Source: Haplodiscus bocki
Lineage: Eukaryota
Assembly (NCBI GenBank): GCA_965655095.1
Contig: OZ296659.1
Location: forward strand, 73,346,001-73,410,000
Direction: 5' to 3'
Length of the DNA: 64,000 nt
A program made the translations under genes and the position numbers. The notes under the pieces were generated by a model. The model made no database searches and was not told the origin of the DNA. It saw only the letters and a program-made list of their open reading frames with translations. Positions 12,600-26,498 of this stretch are shown piece by piece. Position 1 is the first letter of the stretch; every line of letters begins with the position of its first letter.

Positions 12600-15500
12600 C
12601 AGTTGCAGTTGCAAATTCAAGGCCCCACTATTGGGAAAACAATTTTAAAAAAGAGGGTCTTCTCAGAAAAAACTCTTAAAAACACCATTTAATGGTTTTC
12701 GGCTCGGAAGATTATTTCCGGGTTCAAAAACAATCCAAAAGAACACAGACTGCTAGATAACAAAAGCGAAACATAGATTTTTTTTCTCCAGACAGAGAAG
12801 TGGCTGGGTTGAAAAAATTCACGGGACAAAGAAAACTAGAAAGAATATTCATGTTGGAACTGTCTGTTCTTTCAGAGAGACTCGCATTGAAATTTGATTG
12901 AATATTTCACTGATTCGATTTTCTGCAATCCCGGTTGGTTGTCGCAGTCAATGATGGAACGGGATCCTACTCTTTGAGAAAAATGAACATTATATTCATG
13001 GCAACCCTCTGTCGAAATTGTTCAAATCGATGTTTCTTGATATCAAAAATTCAGATTTCAACATGGGCGCGTTTTCTTCCTGGTAATTTGGCTCTTATTT
13101 TGTTGAACGGACACGTCTTAGTGGCGCTCTTTGGCAATATATCGGCGTTCTACTCCAAAAAAGTGGCATTTACGGCAGTGCGTAGCCAGGAAATTTCTAC
13201 GAGGGAGGCATTTGGTGAAACTTTAATGCCATTAGACTCTATTTTTCTGGTTTCTAATCTTTCCAGGCATTCCGCAAACGTCTTCGTGTCTGACCAATTG
13301 GGCGAAGTTGAATGCTAAAGTTAATCGTAGTGGTCTCTGTTTGTTTTTTTTCTTTTTATTTTTTTGTGTTTAAGTTCTTTCGCTTCGTCCAAAGAAAGCC
13401 AGTGCCATTTTTTAAGCCTACCTCTGACATACGTGTGGTGCTCAGAGTTCAGATTCGTTTACTTAGGTTTCACATTCAAAATTTCTCAAACTTGTCACCT
13501 CAATTGTTTTCCGCATCACTTCGCTTTTTCAAAAACGTGAGCATTCCTTGCGTCTAAATTTCGCTCATTTTCTAAGCGTTGAAAATTCGCACTTTGCTAA
13601 CTCAACAAACTTAAACGGTAAACCCTTGTATGTTGCAATACTTCCAGAAAATCGATAGTTTTGCAATTTTTGACGAGATGAAAAATTTTGCCTAAATCTT
13701 ATTTCACATTCTTCTAGTCAGCTTTTCAGGAAAAAAAGGGCCAACTAGTACAGTCACTGCTTCTTTCCGTAATACGCTCTTAAATCGACCAAACCCACTG
13801 TTCTGTAAAATTTTCCAGTTGCTCTTTTCTTCGCTGTGGAATAATTTCTCACAAAACACTCAAGAAAAACAACTAAGAACTTTTTTGAGGCTCAGAGATT
13901 AAATTTTAATTGCAAAATAGTGGTAACCCACCACCCTTCTGGTTAAGGCGGATGAATTTCAGGGGGTAAAGACTGAAAATTCTCAAAGAAACCCCTTTTT
14001 CTTCTTCCGATAACACATCAAAAACTCTCCGTTCAGCCCTCAATTACCCCGCGTACAGTTTTGTCAGTTTACTTTTTTGGAAGCATCAACAATCCACTAA
14101 ACTCAATTCGAAGCCACATTCGACAAAAACTCCGATTTGACGTTTCATTGCATGAATTGAGACACTGATTTTCAGGCCAATTCATCGTATCCACTTTTCC
14201 AAATAATGCCACAAAAAGCTGCGTGATGGTGAAAAATCGAGGGAGTCTCAAACTTGACGTTGGCATAATTGATTTTCTTGGAAAAAACACAAAACTACGA
14301 TACCATTTTTTCCGTGAAACAATGAACTCAAAAGTTTCCGTGATACTCCCGGCAAACTGTCAAGCATCAACCAATACTGCCAAATCACGGTACATTTTCA
14401 ATCGGGCAAGCAAGCAGAGCAAAATGTGTTGCAGATCGTTTGCGTTGCTTTTCCGTGTGTATCCAACTCACACTTTCTGTCAACATAAGAATCTCACAGA
14501 AATTGTTCAACAGCTGTAGTTTTGCTGTCATTTTTTCATATCACACGGCAGGCCTATCCAAAGGATTCTGACGTTGCTTTCTGAAAAACAACAGTACATT
14601 CAAGAAATCTTTTGCAGATTTACTAATTAGGAATTCGGAATACGGAGACCTTCGGTTGTTTCTATTGTGCGAAGCGTTGATTTTGTATGCCAAGGGTCGT
14701 CGCCTGGCGTCCATTTTGCACTTTTTTGACCTTTTCTCGAGCGAACTTTTTGTAGAGTGGCAAGGAGTAATTGCCTGATTTTTTCTCACAACTATGCGTC
14801 TGAAAACCAGAAACTCAAACTTATTTCCACTTTCATCGATGGTTGAGAAACTTTTCCTTGATGATTACTTTACTGATTCATTCCATTTGATATTCATTCA
14901 GCTAGGCGTTGCCTAGAACCTCCGACAAACAGCAGGAATAATTACTTTTTTTGCGAAAAACCGTTCTTCTTGTTTAAAAATTGAAAACGTTTGTTCCTTG
15001 TTCCCAAAATGATTTCCTTAAGGAATAATGTGCGGATTGACTAACTTAATCTGGCTCGAAAAATCGCTGAAACTTTTTTTGGCAATCAACGGGGATGGTC
15101 TTTCGTCAATTTTAGTCTCGAAAGCAGTACTTTGTCTTCTGGAAATTACAAATGATTCTTTGTGTTTAATTCCTCAATTGTTTGTTCTTCTCGTAGACAA
15201 ATGTTCCGATCATCTCCACCTACTGCATATTCAACCATTTGTTGCCGAAAACTATGGCGGAAAGCTCGGATGGTGGATTTTTAACGGTTTTATCAGAGTG
15301 ACGTACCTTATTTCCAAAAATCAGTATTCTAATTTCCTTTTTTTCGAATGTTTCTCTCGATGACTAAAATTTGGACAGGATACATGACGCAGTGCTGCTT
15401 TGGATTTTTGCTGCTTGTGGTTTCTTTTGAGTTGCGGGTTTGTCTTCCTGGGGCTCTTAGCACGAGTTAACTGGTGTTTCACTAATAAGGAGGTTTTTCC

Positions 15501-16200
15501 TTTTGTCGCTCATCGAAGCGTTTTTCGTAGACTTTGAGTCAGTTGTTGTCACTTCATAGAAAGATCGACTGTTCGCAGACTGCAAGATAAATGGAGTGGC
15601 AGAGATAGTCTGATTCCTTGCTTGTTGTCGAGCAATTTTGGCAAGTAGTTTAAAAATCCGATGAAGTGTGGCTTTGGCTTTCGCCTAGAAACATTTTGCT
15701 TGAAAACTGTTCATCGCTTTCATTGCTCCTTTTATCGTATTCTAAAGCTTAGGGTTACCCTTTGCACCATACATGATTCCTTCATTGCTTCCTCTACCAT
15801 AAATATCGACGTGTATTCTGATGATTGAACATGTTTCTTCTTGCCTGTTTACTGTAAAGTAATTTTCGTGGAAAATGCTCTAACTTTTGCTGCAAGTGTT
15901 CTCAATGACTCACCCGCAGATATTGCTCTAGAGTCGAACAAAGACTGAAGGTATCAATCATGACCAGGGTATCTCAGTCAGCTTTTGAAAGACGAGCGAT
16001 TTGAATATAAAGTTTTGATGGCTTCTGTTACTTCAGTACAAATTTTACCTCAAAGTTTTCTCGTTATATTTCAGCACGAGTCTCCTTTGTGTCGCAGTTA
16101 TTTGATAGACGCAGCACCGCCTCCGTGACTGAAATCCCAGCGTTTGACGGCCAACATCTTCAATGCTTTTGTTTTTTGTGTTTTTTTACAGACAGCAACA
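12600..16200 (-). pseudogene. Degenerate Gypsy LTR-retrotransposon internal region (gag-RT-RNase H)
   Basis: Minus strand: gag-like LFDSR..AGESLRTLAAKV (~15880-15945), LPF...SANFQRL (~13572-13625; cf. PFGLxNAPATFQR), SNGIKVSP (~13215-13240) and F-IIDCD (~12940-12960; cf. FILDTDAS). Confidence 0.5.
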
Positions 16201-17699
16201 AAGATATGAATGAACAATTTGTCTGTTTATCTGTATGCACGTTTTCACAAATTATCCTTAGGACCGTTTCTACTTTTAACCCCTCGCTGTTTTTCCTTCA
16301 AAAAAATCAGAAAAAAGTTGTTAATTTCATCCAAGGTATATATTTAAACTCTTTTTTCTTTAGTGCCCTATCAAAATAGTAAACAACTGGACGCTAGTGT
16401 CAAAATGTCAAAAACACAAGCGCTTTCTGAAAAACACTTCGTTGTCAAAGTTTTGGGGAAAATGATGGTTTTTCAATTCGAAACACAAGTGAACGTTTGA
16501 TACGTACCAATGGGCGAGTCCAGAAATCGCAGGAACACTGAAGTCATCTCAATTTTTCCTGTTTTGCTTCAGGCAAGTCCAACTTGCCACCTTTAGGCAA
16601 TTAGGTAGTACTGTTTTTTTTACAGAAGAAACAAAAATTCCCAGTAAGATAGCATGAGTGTGGTAACTCTTGTCTACAGGTTGGTATACACAAGCGACTT
16701 CAACTCAAGAAACGACAAATAAGTCTGAGATAGCGGGAAAAAAGTCACCAGAATCAATGGAGCCCAAATTTTGACGCCTGAAGACTTTTGAACTGCTAAA
16801 AAATGCAGTGATTTCTCGAATTGACATCAAAAATTTGGTTTCGGACTTTCATGCTGAAGTGAACATCTCCTGCAAAAAATTATGCTAACGAAAAGTCATA
16901 CTGAAAAAAAAACGAGCACCAGTCTCACATTACAAAAAGAGAACACTTTTTTTGAATGCCGTCTTTTCGCAAAATCACTCACGGATGCAGCTTCAGTCCT
17001 CCAAATTGAAACAAACATTCTTTTGTTTAGCCCTGGATATACTAAAAAGCAAATTCAGCATAACTTATATGTAACGGAAAAACCAAAAATTTCTTGAAAA
17101 AGAAGCTTTGCCATCAAAAACTCTTGTCATACATGTATTTTTTGGCCAACACAGGCAACCACAATAAGTACAAGTTCACACTAGCCCAAACACCATATTG
17201 AAAAACAATTGAGCAATCACCTCAGATTACATAAAATCAGACAACCCCGCGCTTTGGCAAAATTTCAAGCAAAAATGGGGTTCCAGTCTTGCGAACAAAA
17301 CTAGATATTCTATATACAGTCTTAGACAAGACCCAAAACAAAATGAAAACATTGAAACGTTACTCCTAAAATACGGAGAGCCCTCAGTCTGTCTAATTTT
17401 GCTTCGTTTTCCGCAGTCATCACAAAAAGTTTCTTCTACGGCTACAACTTCAGTGGAACAATTGTCTACGAAACTGAAGCAGCTCAAAAGCCTTTATGGA
17501 TTAACATTTAGTGTTAGTCCCACAACACCAGGATACTGAAATCCCGAAAGGGTCTCTTTTTGCAAAATCACATCACACAACTCAATCTAGGACCTTTTAA
17601 AGCAAGAAAACTTTTTAGATTCGTTTCCGGACGGCCTGGAAGCCATATTGTAAATCAATTTGGGGTTAGTTTGAGGCTACTTAAACCCGAAAGTTTTTA

Positions 17700-19308
17700 T
17701 GTCAAACATCACAACTCAAGTGTTCGCTTTCAAAAAAGTTAGAGTCAGCTGAGTGCCAATAACGTCTTAACGTAAAACTTAAGCCAAACCGAGGAACTTT
17801 GTGCGGCAAGCATTCGAACGTATATCAACCCTTAGCTTCGAGCGAGAGCTCTGTGAAAAGACCGCGTTTTCTAAACATGACATCAAAAATTTAGGGTTTA
17901 AAACCCCGACAATTAGTAAGTTTAGGGTACAGTCATGGTCCAGCCGAACACACAGACTGACTTTAATCCAACGCCACCACTCTCATGTTCGCTAAAAATC
18001 AAAATTCCGAACAAAACTATACTGTTGCAAACTCACATGACAAACAGGCGTTTCTGGGGTTTTTAACATGGTCGACTTTTCAATGGACAGAAATTCAGAT
18101 GGCCAGCATTTTTTTCGGAACAGCAAAAGATTCCTTCCAAAATACTTCAAATATTCGAGCCCATCCGAAATTATCCTTGTTCCATCAACTGACAACAAAA
18201 TGCGTGGATATAGAGAATCAAACTCAACTGAATTAATGATATACGAAAGACTTCGAGCTAAGAAAGTGAGTTGCAAAGAGCAAAAAAAAATTCGCACCCA
18301 GGCAAAAATTGCTGAGAACTACTTTTTCGCAAAAGTTCACAGTCACTGAGCGATAAATCTAGAGAAGTGTTGTTTGCATATATGTAAAACTAATGGGATA
18401 CAATTTCCATTCAAAGTGGCTCCACCTTTCCAAAAAGTTTTGGAATAGTCAATAGCTGTGCTACCCATGGCCAGGATTCCCCAGGAAAGTAGCACGATAG
18501 TGAGGAAAAGCTCGATAAATTTTTCAAATAGATTCCACAACCAAAAGGAAAAAATACAACGAATTTTTTTACAAAGCAATGCTTCCCAACAATTAAGAAC
18601 AGTTAATTTCAAATAGAAACTAATTGGAAGCCAGGCTTTTGCTTTCCCAACACTATTCAGGTCCTAAAAAGTAGGGAGTGAAGTTAGTAATCCATAAAGT
18701 TGTCACCAGTGCAAGATGCTGTTTATTTTTTGAAAAATGACCAGGCTGATGATAGGTGAGAATCCAGTGTATGACACAATCAACAAAAGTTTCACTAAAA
18801 CTGAGTGAATAAGTATTTTAGGCCTGTTCGAATTTCATAGAACTTTTCTACAATGCTATATATTTCATAACAAACGAGTCATTTGTTCGAATTTGTTAAC
18901 GTATCCAGTGGTCAGCTCAAAAGTTGAAACAAGTGTTGATGGTCTCGAGCAGGAAAATAGGAGTGGCTCTGAAGAGTCCCCGCCAACATTTCAGTTCTCA
19001 AATCTCGAGGTATTTTTCTGACTCATTTCAATTTGGTGTCCAATCTGTCACATCCAAGCACACATCAATTGAGAACAGAGCTCAATTTTTGACACTTGTT
19101 ATAGATAGACAATAAATAACTGAAACAAGAGATCACCCAAAGTTGTTCATTTTTTGAAACAAAGTTCAATTGTCGTCAAAAAGCGACCTTCGTCCATTTT
19201 GCTGCAAAACCGAAGTCTTTGAATTTTATTTGCTCGAATGGTTGAAAAAAAGCAGATACATACTGATTTAAAAACCCATCAGATACATTCCATGAGAAAT
19301 TGTGTTAG
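17700..19308 (+). pseudogene. Degenerate APE-type LINE (CR1/L2-like) fragment
   Basis: Faint ordered motifs: MVDF..W (GDFN..W, endonuclease, ~18068), GP (~18660), FRPV (~18817; cf. YRPIS) and FQFG (~19026). Truncated by the gap. Confidence 0.3.
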
Positions 19309-19546
19309 NNNNNNNNNNNNNNNNNNNNNNNNNNNNNNNNNNNNNNNNNNNNNNNNNNNNNNNNNNNNNNNNNNNNNNNNNNNNNNNNNNNNNNNNNNNN
19401 NNNNNNNNNNNNNNNNNNNNNNNNNNNNNNNNNNNNNNNNNNNNNNNNNNNNNNNNNNNNNNNNNNNNNNNNNNNNNNNNNNNNNNNNNNNNNNNNNNNN
19501 NNNNNNNNNNNNNNNNNNNNNNNNNNNNNNNNNNNNNNNNNNNNNN

Positions 19547-20330
19547 TCTTTCTGTCGATTATAGTTGAGATTGAATGGGATATAATGAGACTTTCGATTT
19601 CTGTGAATTTTTCCACTGGGGTCACGGTCCCTGTTGTATTCCATTCCGACAAGTGATCAACAAATGCTGTGATTGTTTTTGTTGTCATTTGTGGTATTGT
19701 TATGTTGTCGCGGACGAGAACAGCTTGAGGTTTAGCACTTGTTTGACTCAATGCACTTTTGAATTGCATTGTCAAATGTCGGAAGTGGATGAGACCATGT
19801 GTAGTATCGATGACCACACTTTTGTGTCTCATAAAGTGCAACCCTAAAAAAAGTCCTGTCAGATTCTTCATTACGACGAAATGTTCTGCAAAGTTGTGAT
19901 CTCCAACGTCAAATTTAAGTGTAGCTGTTGCTATTGGCTTTTCTAACTGGCCATTTGCTACTTGAATTTGAAAGTTCGGAGGTTCATCAATTTTTAGGAT
20001 ATTAGATGGAGCTTGTTGTTTTTTTCTGTGCAATTCTTTCTGGGCTATTGCACTGACATAGGCTCCCTAGTCAACAATGGCATCTATTGTTAAGCCCTTC
20101 TCGAAATCCAGAGGGACACATAACAATTTTTTCTTTCGTTATAGGACAAGTGTGGAGGATAATGGCATGTAGAGTTCATTGGTAGAATCATCCCTCACAA
20201 GTCGCTCTTCAATTTGTGAAGTTGTAATTTCGGGAGGGGAAATGTTGTCATCCCCATTGTCATGGGTTGCTATATCAGTTTGATTTCGTTGGATTTCATT
20301 TTGTTGTTCCTTGGGGTCATTGGGTCATTG
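19547..20330 (-). pseudogene. Gypsy aspartic protease region of pol
   Basis: LTIDAIVD*GAYVSAI (~20045-20095; D-S/T-G active site disrupted), then IQVANGQ...FAEHFVVM...LFLGLHFM, typical of retropepsins. Confidence 0.8.
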
Positions 20331-21788
20331 AACTGGTGAGCTCCTAGTTTGGTTTTCCAGGAGTGATTCCGTATGGGAACCGGATATTTCAGATGAGGTT
20401 TTCTTTATTGGCAACTTTTGTGCTTCTACATATTTTCTCTGTTTGAATTCGAGTACGTGGGTATTTTTTTGAGTTTCATTAGTCAAAACGTTATGAATAT
20501 TAGTTAAATGAGTCTCCTGGGGTTGCTTCCAGACAACCTCTGGGACTGGTGGAAGTGTTAAATGAGTTACCTCCGGTCTGTCAATCGCAGCTCCGGAGTT
20601 AAAACGTAGCATTTTCAATTTAAATTTTGGGCTGAAGCCTGAGTAGTTTCATTCGAGTCATTTTGATCAGCTCTTTCTTGGACTTGATTTTGTCTTTCCG
20701 GTCTTTTGTGCCGGGGAGGCGGTCTATTGGCTGCATTGGCTCCATTGTAGCATTTCTCTGTGGGTTGGTTTGTTTTCCCACATGTCTCACAGGGTGGATA
20801 AACAGTTTTTGGCTTTCTTTCGGCTCTATTACTGTTTTTGTTGTTGTTGTTAGGATAGTTGACGTTGCCGTTCGGGTTAGAGGTATTGGCGTCACTGTTT
20901 TTTTTTGTTTCCAGGAATACTTTGATTGTTTCCAGCTTGTTTTCGCTGTTTTTTCAACTATCGGCAGTGATTTTTGTAATGCCCTGGTTTTTTACAGTGG
21001 TGGCACGTTGGTTTGGGTGTGTTAGCATTTGCGTTTGCAATATTGTGGCTCAAATTATTTATTTGTAGCTCATAAAGGGCATCCAAACCGTTAAACTCTA
21101 ATTCCCTTTCTAGGTGTGTAACAATTTGCTCATATGTTGCCACTTTCCAAGTGGGCCTGATTTATTAAATTCCTCAGGTGTGGTGGAATTTTGGCTTATA
21201 TGAATTGTTCATTGATGACGTGGGCCGCAATTCCGAATGCGTTTTTGGCCCGTTTTTGAAGTTCGTCAAGAAAATCTACTAACTTTTGATTTGCTGGGTT
21301 CAAGACAAGTTTCTGGAATTTGTGTTTGGCTGTCGCCATCGATTGGGGTTTTACATATTTCCTTCGAAAAACTGCTAGAATTTCTCCCAGATTCTCTCGA
21401 ATAGGGCCAATAATGTTTTTAAATGTCTGTAAGGCATCTCCTCTCATGAGAGAATGGAAGTAATTGATTCTGTCTTCTTCAGTCAGCTGATTATGAAGTT
21501 TGGGACTCGTTCGGAAAAGATCCTCAAACAGCTCGAACTTTTCAGGTTTCCCATCGAACGTGGGCATCGTTGTCGTGAGTGACTTTGGCAATTTGGAAAT
21601 TCTTATAATATTGTTATAGAAATTTGCAGAATTGTTGTTGTTTGCCAACTGCTGAAGCGCCAATAAAATTTGTCTGCCTCAATCGTCGAAGTGGTGTTTT
21701 CACTGCGGAATTGCGGTTGACTTGTGGAGCTGTTCTTTTTCTGATTTTCCTGAAAATGTACAAGGGGAGCAGTAAGTGACTTCTTCGT

Positions 21789-21803
21789 GAACTCCTGTCA
21801 CCA
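21789..21803 (-). promoter_or_regulatory. Primer-binding site (probably tRNA-Leu-like)
   Basis: TGGTGACAGGAGTTC directly follows the LTR-terminal CA. It resembles the complement of the tRNA-Leu 3' end (TGGTGTCAGGAGT) with one mismatch. Confidence 0.7.
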
Positions 21804-21816
21804 TGTCGTGTTCGCA

Positions 21817-21853
<37 letters not shown>

Positions 21854-23606
21854 GTTCTGTCGCCATGTCGTGGCGATCGTCTAGGTCAGAGTTCTGTGTC
21901 ATCTGGTTGTTGAAAGAGGCCCACTTCAGGATGAGGGTTACTCTGGGAGTCATCCTCATTCATTCTCTGGCTAATACTAAACACGTTCCGGGACGTCTCC
22001 GGAGCGGTTCCGGAGTGGCCCTGAATTAGCGGGTTCGTGAGGAAGTCATCAGGACGTGCTAATGCACCTAGTATGCGGTTTTCCGTTCTGTTGAACTCTT
22101 GCGACAACTTTTTAGTGACTCTTCCCTCAATTTCCTCAGAAACTTGAGTTATGTAGTCTTCCTGTGATCTGGGAACATTTGAGTTTGTGCCAAGTTGCTC
22201 CTAGGATATTCCTCACAGTTTTCTTTGTTTAAAGCTGCTAGTTTGTTTTTGTTTGTAGTTGCCATTTTTAGGGGAAAATTGTTTTCAGTGATTATTAATT
22301 GATTGTCTTTTTTAACGGAGAGTCAAATTGGAGGTTTACAGTTTCAGTAGAGGAAATAACATAAAATGAATTAAGACTGGTTAAATATCGTCAGTAATAC
22401 AAAATAATAATAATTGTTCTCTAACTCTCAAAAGGTTCTGAAAAGTTTCTGATATTGTACTTTCATTTCTCCTATTTATACCTTTTCCTGGCGGGAAACA
22501 TATTTGTTTACACGCCAAGTCAAGTTACAAATAGGGAAAAGTATTTACTAAAAGTATAGCATCAAAGATAAAAATGCCGACTCTGGTGGGAAACAAACAA
22601 CTTTTCCATCCTTCTCTTTCCTCATAGGACGCGCCCTTTCCATCTTTCGACAGAAAATGGACGGTCCTAATCCGTCAGAGATGGACATCAAAAGTGTTAT
22701 TCCCGTGCCGACGTTTTATTTACAGTTTGAAAAGGTATGTTCTCTCAATGGAAAAAAGAAAACTTAATTCCTTAGTTGGGAAAAAGAAACAAAATGAAGT
22801 GAAATACAATACAGTAGAAAATACAAAATGCATGACTTTAAATATGTGGATAGATATGGAAAATTTATATAATCATCACCGTCGTGTTCACTTCATCAAT
22901 AAATATAACAGTTCAATAGTTTTTACTCTTTGGAAATGAGGAGAAACTAGTAGCACTACTAGTTTACTCCTCATTCGTACGAGTAGCAACTAATGGTTTC
23001 CAGACTTTTCCGTATTCACTAGTAGTGGTAGTAGTCTTCGCTCAAATGAGGAGTGATTCCGGAATCATTCCGTATTCACTATCGCACAGCATAGTAATAG
23101 TATTAGTGACGTCACCACACTAGTAGCGACGGAACACGTACTGAACAAATATTCACTCCGAGAGTCAAAACACTTGAAATCAGTTGTTGTGCTTATAGCA
23201 TCAATTTATTCGGATTATCTAATTAAACTGCACTTCTTGCAATCAGTCAAACCGTCAGATTTCATTGAAAAAGGTGGATTTATATTTTTTATAATTAAAT
23301 GATTATAATAATATAAAAATAGCACCTATAATTCAGTGGTACTCTATGAATACTCGTTTGTTCCGTAGCGGTTCCGTCCTAGTCTGGATCCAGTTTGGTT
23401 CCGTATAAATACGTAGCCTATATTTGTGCATTGTTAAGGATACGTATTGTATACGTATCCGTATATATGCACAACAGTTAAAATACATGATATAGTTATA
23501 GTTAAAGTCTAGTAGAAAGTATATAATGTTTGAGTTTTTCCTGAGCATCAGGGTGTCTTTTTGGCTGGTAAGGGTCGGCCGCATGCCTCGCAGGTGTGCT
23601 GCGACA
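21804..23606 (-). repeat. 5' LTR (~1.8 kb)
   Basis: TG...CA termini. Reverse-complement homology to 36048-37633 covers the terminal TGTCGCAGyAyAyCTGC, the promoter block (22470-22660 vs 36820-37020) and the coding head. Confidence 0.85.
21819..21850. repeat. (CT)n microsatellite
   Basis: Direct reading; it lies between two PBS-like motifs. Confidence 0.95.
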
Positions 23607-24718
23607 AATAGCCATAAGCAGTTTAGGTCCAAGATACCATTAGACTTGCGAATGAAGTTTTGTTTGAGGATTCACAAAACTCTCATTGGGTTCCNNNNNN
23701 NNNNNNNNNNNNNNNNNNNNNNNNNNNNNNNNNNNNNNNNNNNNNNNNNNNNNNNNNNNNNNNNNNNNNNNNNNNNNNNNNNNNNNNNNNNNNNNNNNNN
23801 NNNNNNNNNNNNNNNNNNNNNNNNNNNNNNNNNNNNNNNNNNNNNNNNNNNNNNNNNNNNNNNNNNNNNNNNNNNNNNNNNNNNNNNNNNNNNNGAAAGG
23901 AACTGGAAAAATATAGATTGATGACGATTGTTTAATTGAATTTCTTCATATTAGTAACCTATGAGGGTGTAAAACCACCCTGATAGCTTTTATGCTACCT
24001 ACATAGAACTAGCAATTCAATTTATTTCTAACGATAAAAACGTGAGAGGTAAAATTTTTGAAAGATATCAACTCTCAATATTCAATATACCAGCTAAAAC
24101 AAGAGAACACATATTTTCCATGATGCTTGCCATTAAAAAAGCATTTGAATTAATGGGTGATGTTATAGAAGAATTATCTACAGAAAATGAATCTTTGAAA
24201 AATAAAACAAGTTCCTATGACAAAAATCGTTGGGAGACTCTGCGGCGAAACTTTTAAAGCTTTTTGATGATGAGAAAAAAGCGAACTTAATTATGTCAAG
24301 AATGAAAAAAACAATAAATAAAAATTTGCAGACATAATTTAGGACAAATAACGGAGAAGCGAGTTTTGAAATATTGTCTCTGCAGATATTAGGGTTCAAC
24401 ATATAAAACCTAACGATTTAATACTCAAAGTCAACGATACATATAAAAAAGATGACAAACTAACAAAAAAAATTGAAATTTATAATGAAGAAGATGTTCT
24501 AAGCAAAGCTTATCTAGATACAGAATTATCCAAAATAAAATAAAAAACTTGAGTGCGAGATTTTAATTGAAACAGCCGTGAAAACGACTTTCAAAAACTT
24601 TGTGATCTAGAATTATTTGATCAATTTGAGAACGCAGATGAAAAAAAAGAATAATTTTTTTACTGAAGGACGTAGATGGTCTCCTTAAATTTCAAATTTC
24701 TTCTTTTAGAAAAACTAA

Positions 24719-25070
24719 ATGGTTTCATACCAAGACCTTATTCAAAAAAACAATTTTGAAAAATAAGGCAACGTCAAATATAAAACATCAACAAATCCTT
24801 TCATCTGGGTTCGCAAAGTGAACTGTGCGCGGGGCGAAAATATCTGATTGATGTGGAAATCTTTTTAAAAAATCGATCGTTTCCAACAAATAGGGCTGTA
24901 CTAAATTTGCATCTAACAGAAAGAACACATTGGGTTGCTTACATTAACCAAAATTATTTTGACGCATTTGGATGTCATCCACCTGATAAACTATCTGAGT
25001 TTTTTATAAAACGGAATGGACCTTGTTTGTATTCCGAGTAAAAACTTCAAGGTTTGAGACACAAAACAAT
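24719..25070 (+). pseudogene. Adenain-like cysteine maturation protease (Polinton A)
   Basis: AVLNLHLTERTHWVAYINQNYFDAFGCHPP matches the Polinton protease NL...THWV...YFDSYG.PPP. The segment carrying the catalytic Cys appears deleted. Confidence 0.85.
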
Positions 25071-25408
25071 AATATCAAATGATGCAAAAACTTTTTTCAA
25101 ATTGAAACACTTTAAAAAAACTTTTGGGTCTTTCAAACCCAATGGGAATGTAAAACACTCTCGAGGCCTGTTTCATGTCTAATGACGCATGCAAAAACTC
25201 CCTATTTATTTTCAGGGTCAATAAATGACATTACAAAAAACAACTCTTGACAATAGTGTAAAACACACCAGCAAAGATAGCAGTTCACGAAGAGTACATT
25301 CATCAAAAAATCCCGAACCAAAAATTGCTTCACTTCCTCGAAAAAAATGAAGAAACTCCGCAAAAAAACCTTTGAAAAAACAAGAAGAGAAAGATTCAGA
25401 GTTATTAA

Positions 25409-26479
25409 ATGAATAATAACAAAGAATTGCTACTTTTAATCGAAAAACATTAATACACTTTTTGAACAGACAAAAACAATACCACCACAAGAAACGTCCG
25501 AAATTAAACTCACACATCCAGTGGAATATTTCTCATCTTCTCCTACAAATCTTTCTGAATAAGGAAAACGGTTGTTGGCTGTAACAAATTTTGAGGCAAC
25601 CAATTCCGTTTTCAAAATAAATGACAAAAACAACAGTTTTTCAATTACCACACCAGGTCAATGGGACCCCAAAGGTGGTGAGGAAACTATTGACAAAGTA
25701 AAAGGATAATTACAGCTTAGATCTCGAAATGATATCAAATTACATGTGAAAGAAGTTGAGAAAAAGGGCACTCGAATGGAAACAGAAAATCGAGGGTAAA
25801 AACTGGCAGGTTTTGATTTTATAAAAGTGAAAAGTTGCAGAATCGAAAAAAGTAAAATGTGTGGATCTGAAAGATAAGGTTTAGAAAATGGAAAAAACTT
25901 ATAACGACGTTATAGATAAGCTGGACATGAAACATATTGCCGCAAATTCTATTGAACGTATTCGTTCTCCAGGAATATATGAAACTCATGGCGTTAACTT
26001 GACGTTAAAGCTTTTATTCCCAAATGAGGTAAAAATAAAGAATACAATTGATAATATCAGATTGAGGTCAATCTTATCCACTATTAAAACAGTAAAGCTA
26101 ACTAAAGAAATCTTTTTTCTACACCATCTTGGGCTTTACTCAATCCCATTTCGGCTCTTTAGGTGATACTGAAGGATTCATTCAAAAAATACCAGAAACT
26201 TACAAGAGTAAGAAACCCATTAACATTACCAGCATTGAGAAGATTCATTTGAACAATGGGAGTTTTGCTGAACGTATCCGAGAACCTATTTTGCAAAGTT
26301 TTGCCCTTGATGAAACGCCATGTCATAAAATGTACAAAGTACCAAGAAATAAAATTTTTTTAAAAAAAAATGAATTTGTTTTATCTCAAATAACAATTTA
26401 TTTAGAGGATGATAATCAAAAACCAGTACATTTTAACGGAGAAACGATAAACTTTAGTTATCAAAAAATTAGAATATAA
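25409..26479 (+). pseudogene. Minor capsid (penton-like) protein, copy 1
   Basis: N-terminal W/LLAVTNFEATNSVF, FSITTPGQW. C-terminal INITSIEKIHL...REPILQSFALD..P...ITIYLEDDNQKPVHFNGETI, the typical Polinton mCP end. Confidence 0.75.
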
Positions 26480-26498
26480 TTTTTATTTGAACCTAGGT

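Larger units (their letters stand above)
20620..22265 (-). pseudogene. Gypsy gag (frameshifted), start codon inside the LTR
   Basis: ATG at 22265 (MATTNKNKLAA...). Further motifs are SQEFNRTENRILGAL, TMPTFDGKPEKFELFEDLF...INYFHSLMRGDALQTF and the zinc knuckle CHHCKKPGHYKNHC (~20965-21006). Confidence 0.85.
19547..23606 (-). mobile_element. Ty3/Gypsy LTR retrotransposon, 5' half (LTR, PBS, gag, protease), truncated by assembly gap
   Basis: The LTR starts TGTCGCAG at 23606 and ends ..CGACA at 21804, immediately followed by the PBS TGGTGACAGGAGT. The internal region encodes gag, CCHC knuckles and an aspartic protease. Confidence 0.9.

Noticed and set aside
14500-15100. Integrase-like words (ITPCHS, AYKINASHN..SPY) upstream of RT suggesting Gmr1/copia-like domain order
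   Set aside because: Matches are too degenerate, and the position (between gag and the putative protease) is inconsistent. This cannot be supported without an HMM search.
19238-19644. ORFs spanning N-runs (also 23526-23935 and 47285-47838)
   Set aside because: Artefacts of assembly gaps.
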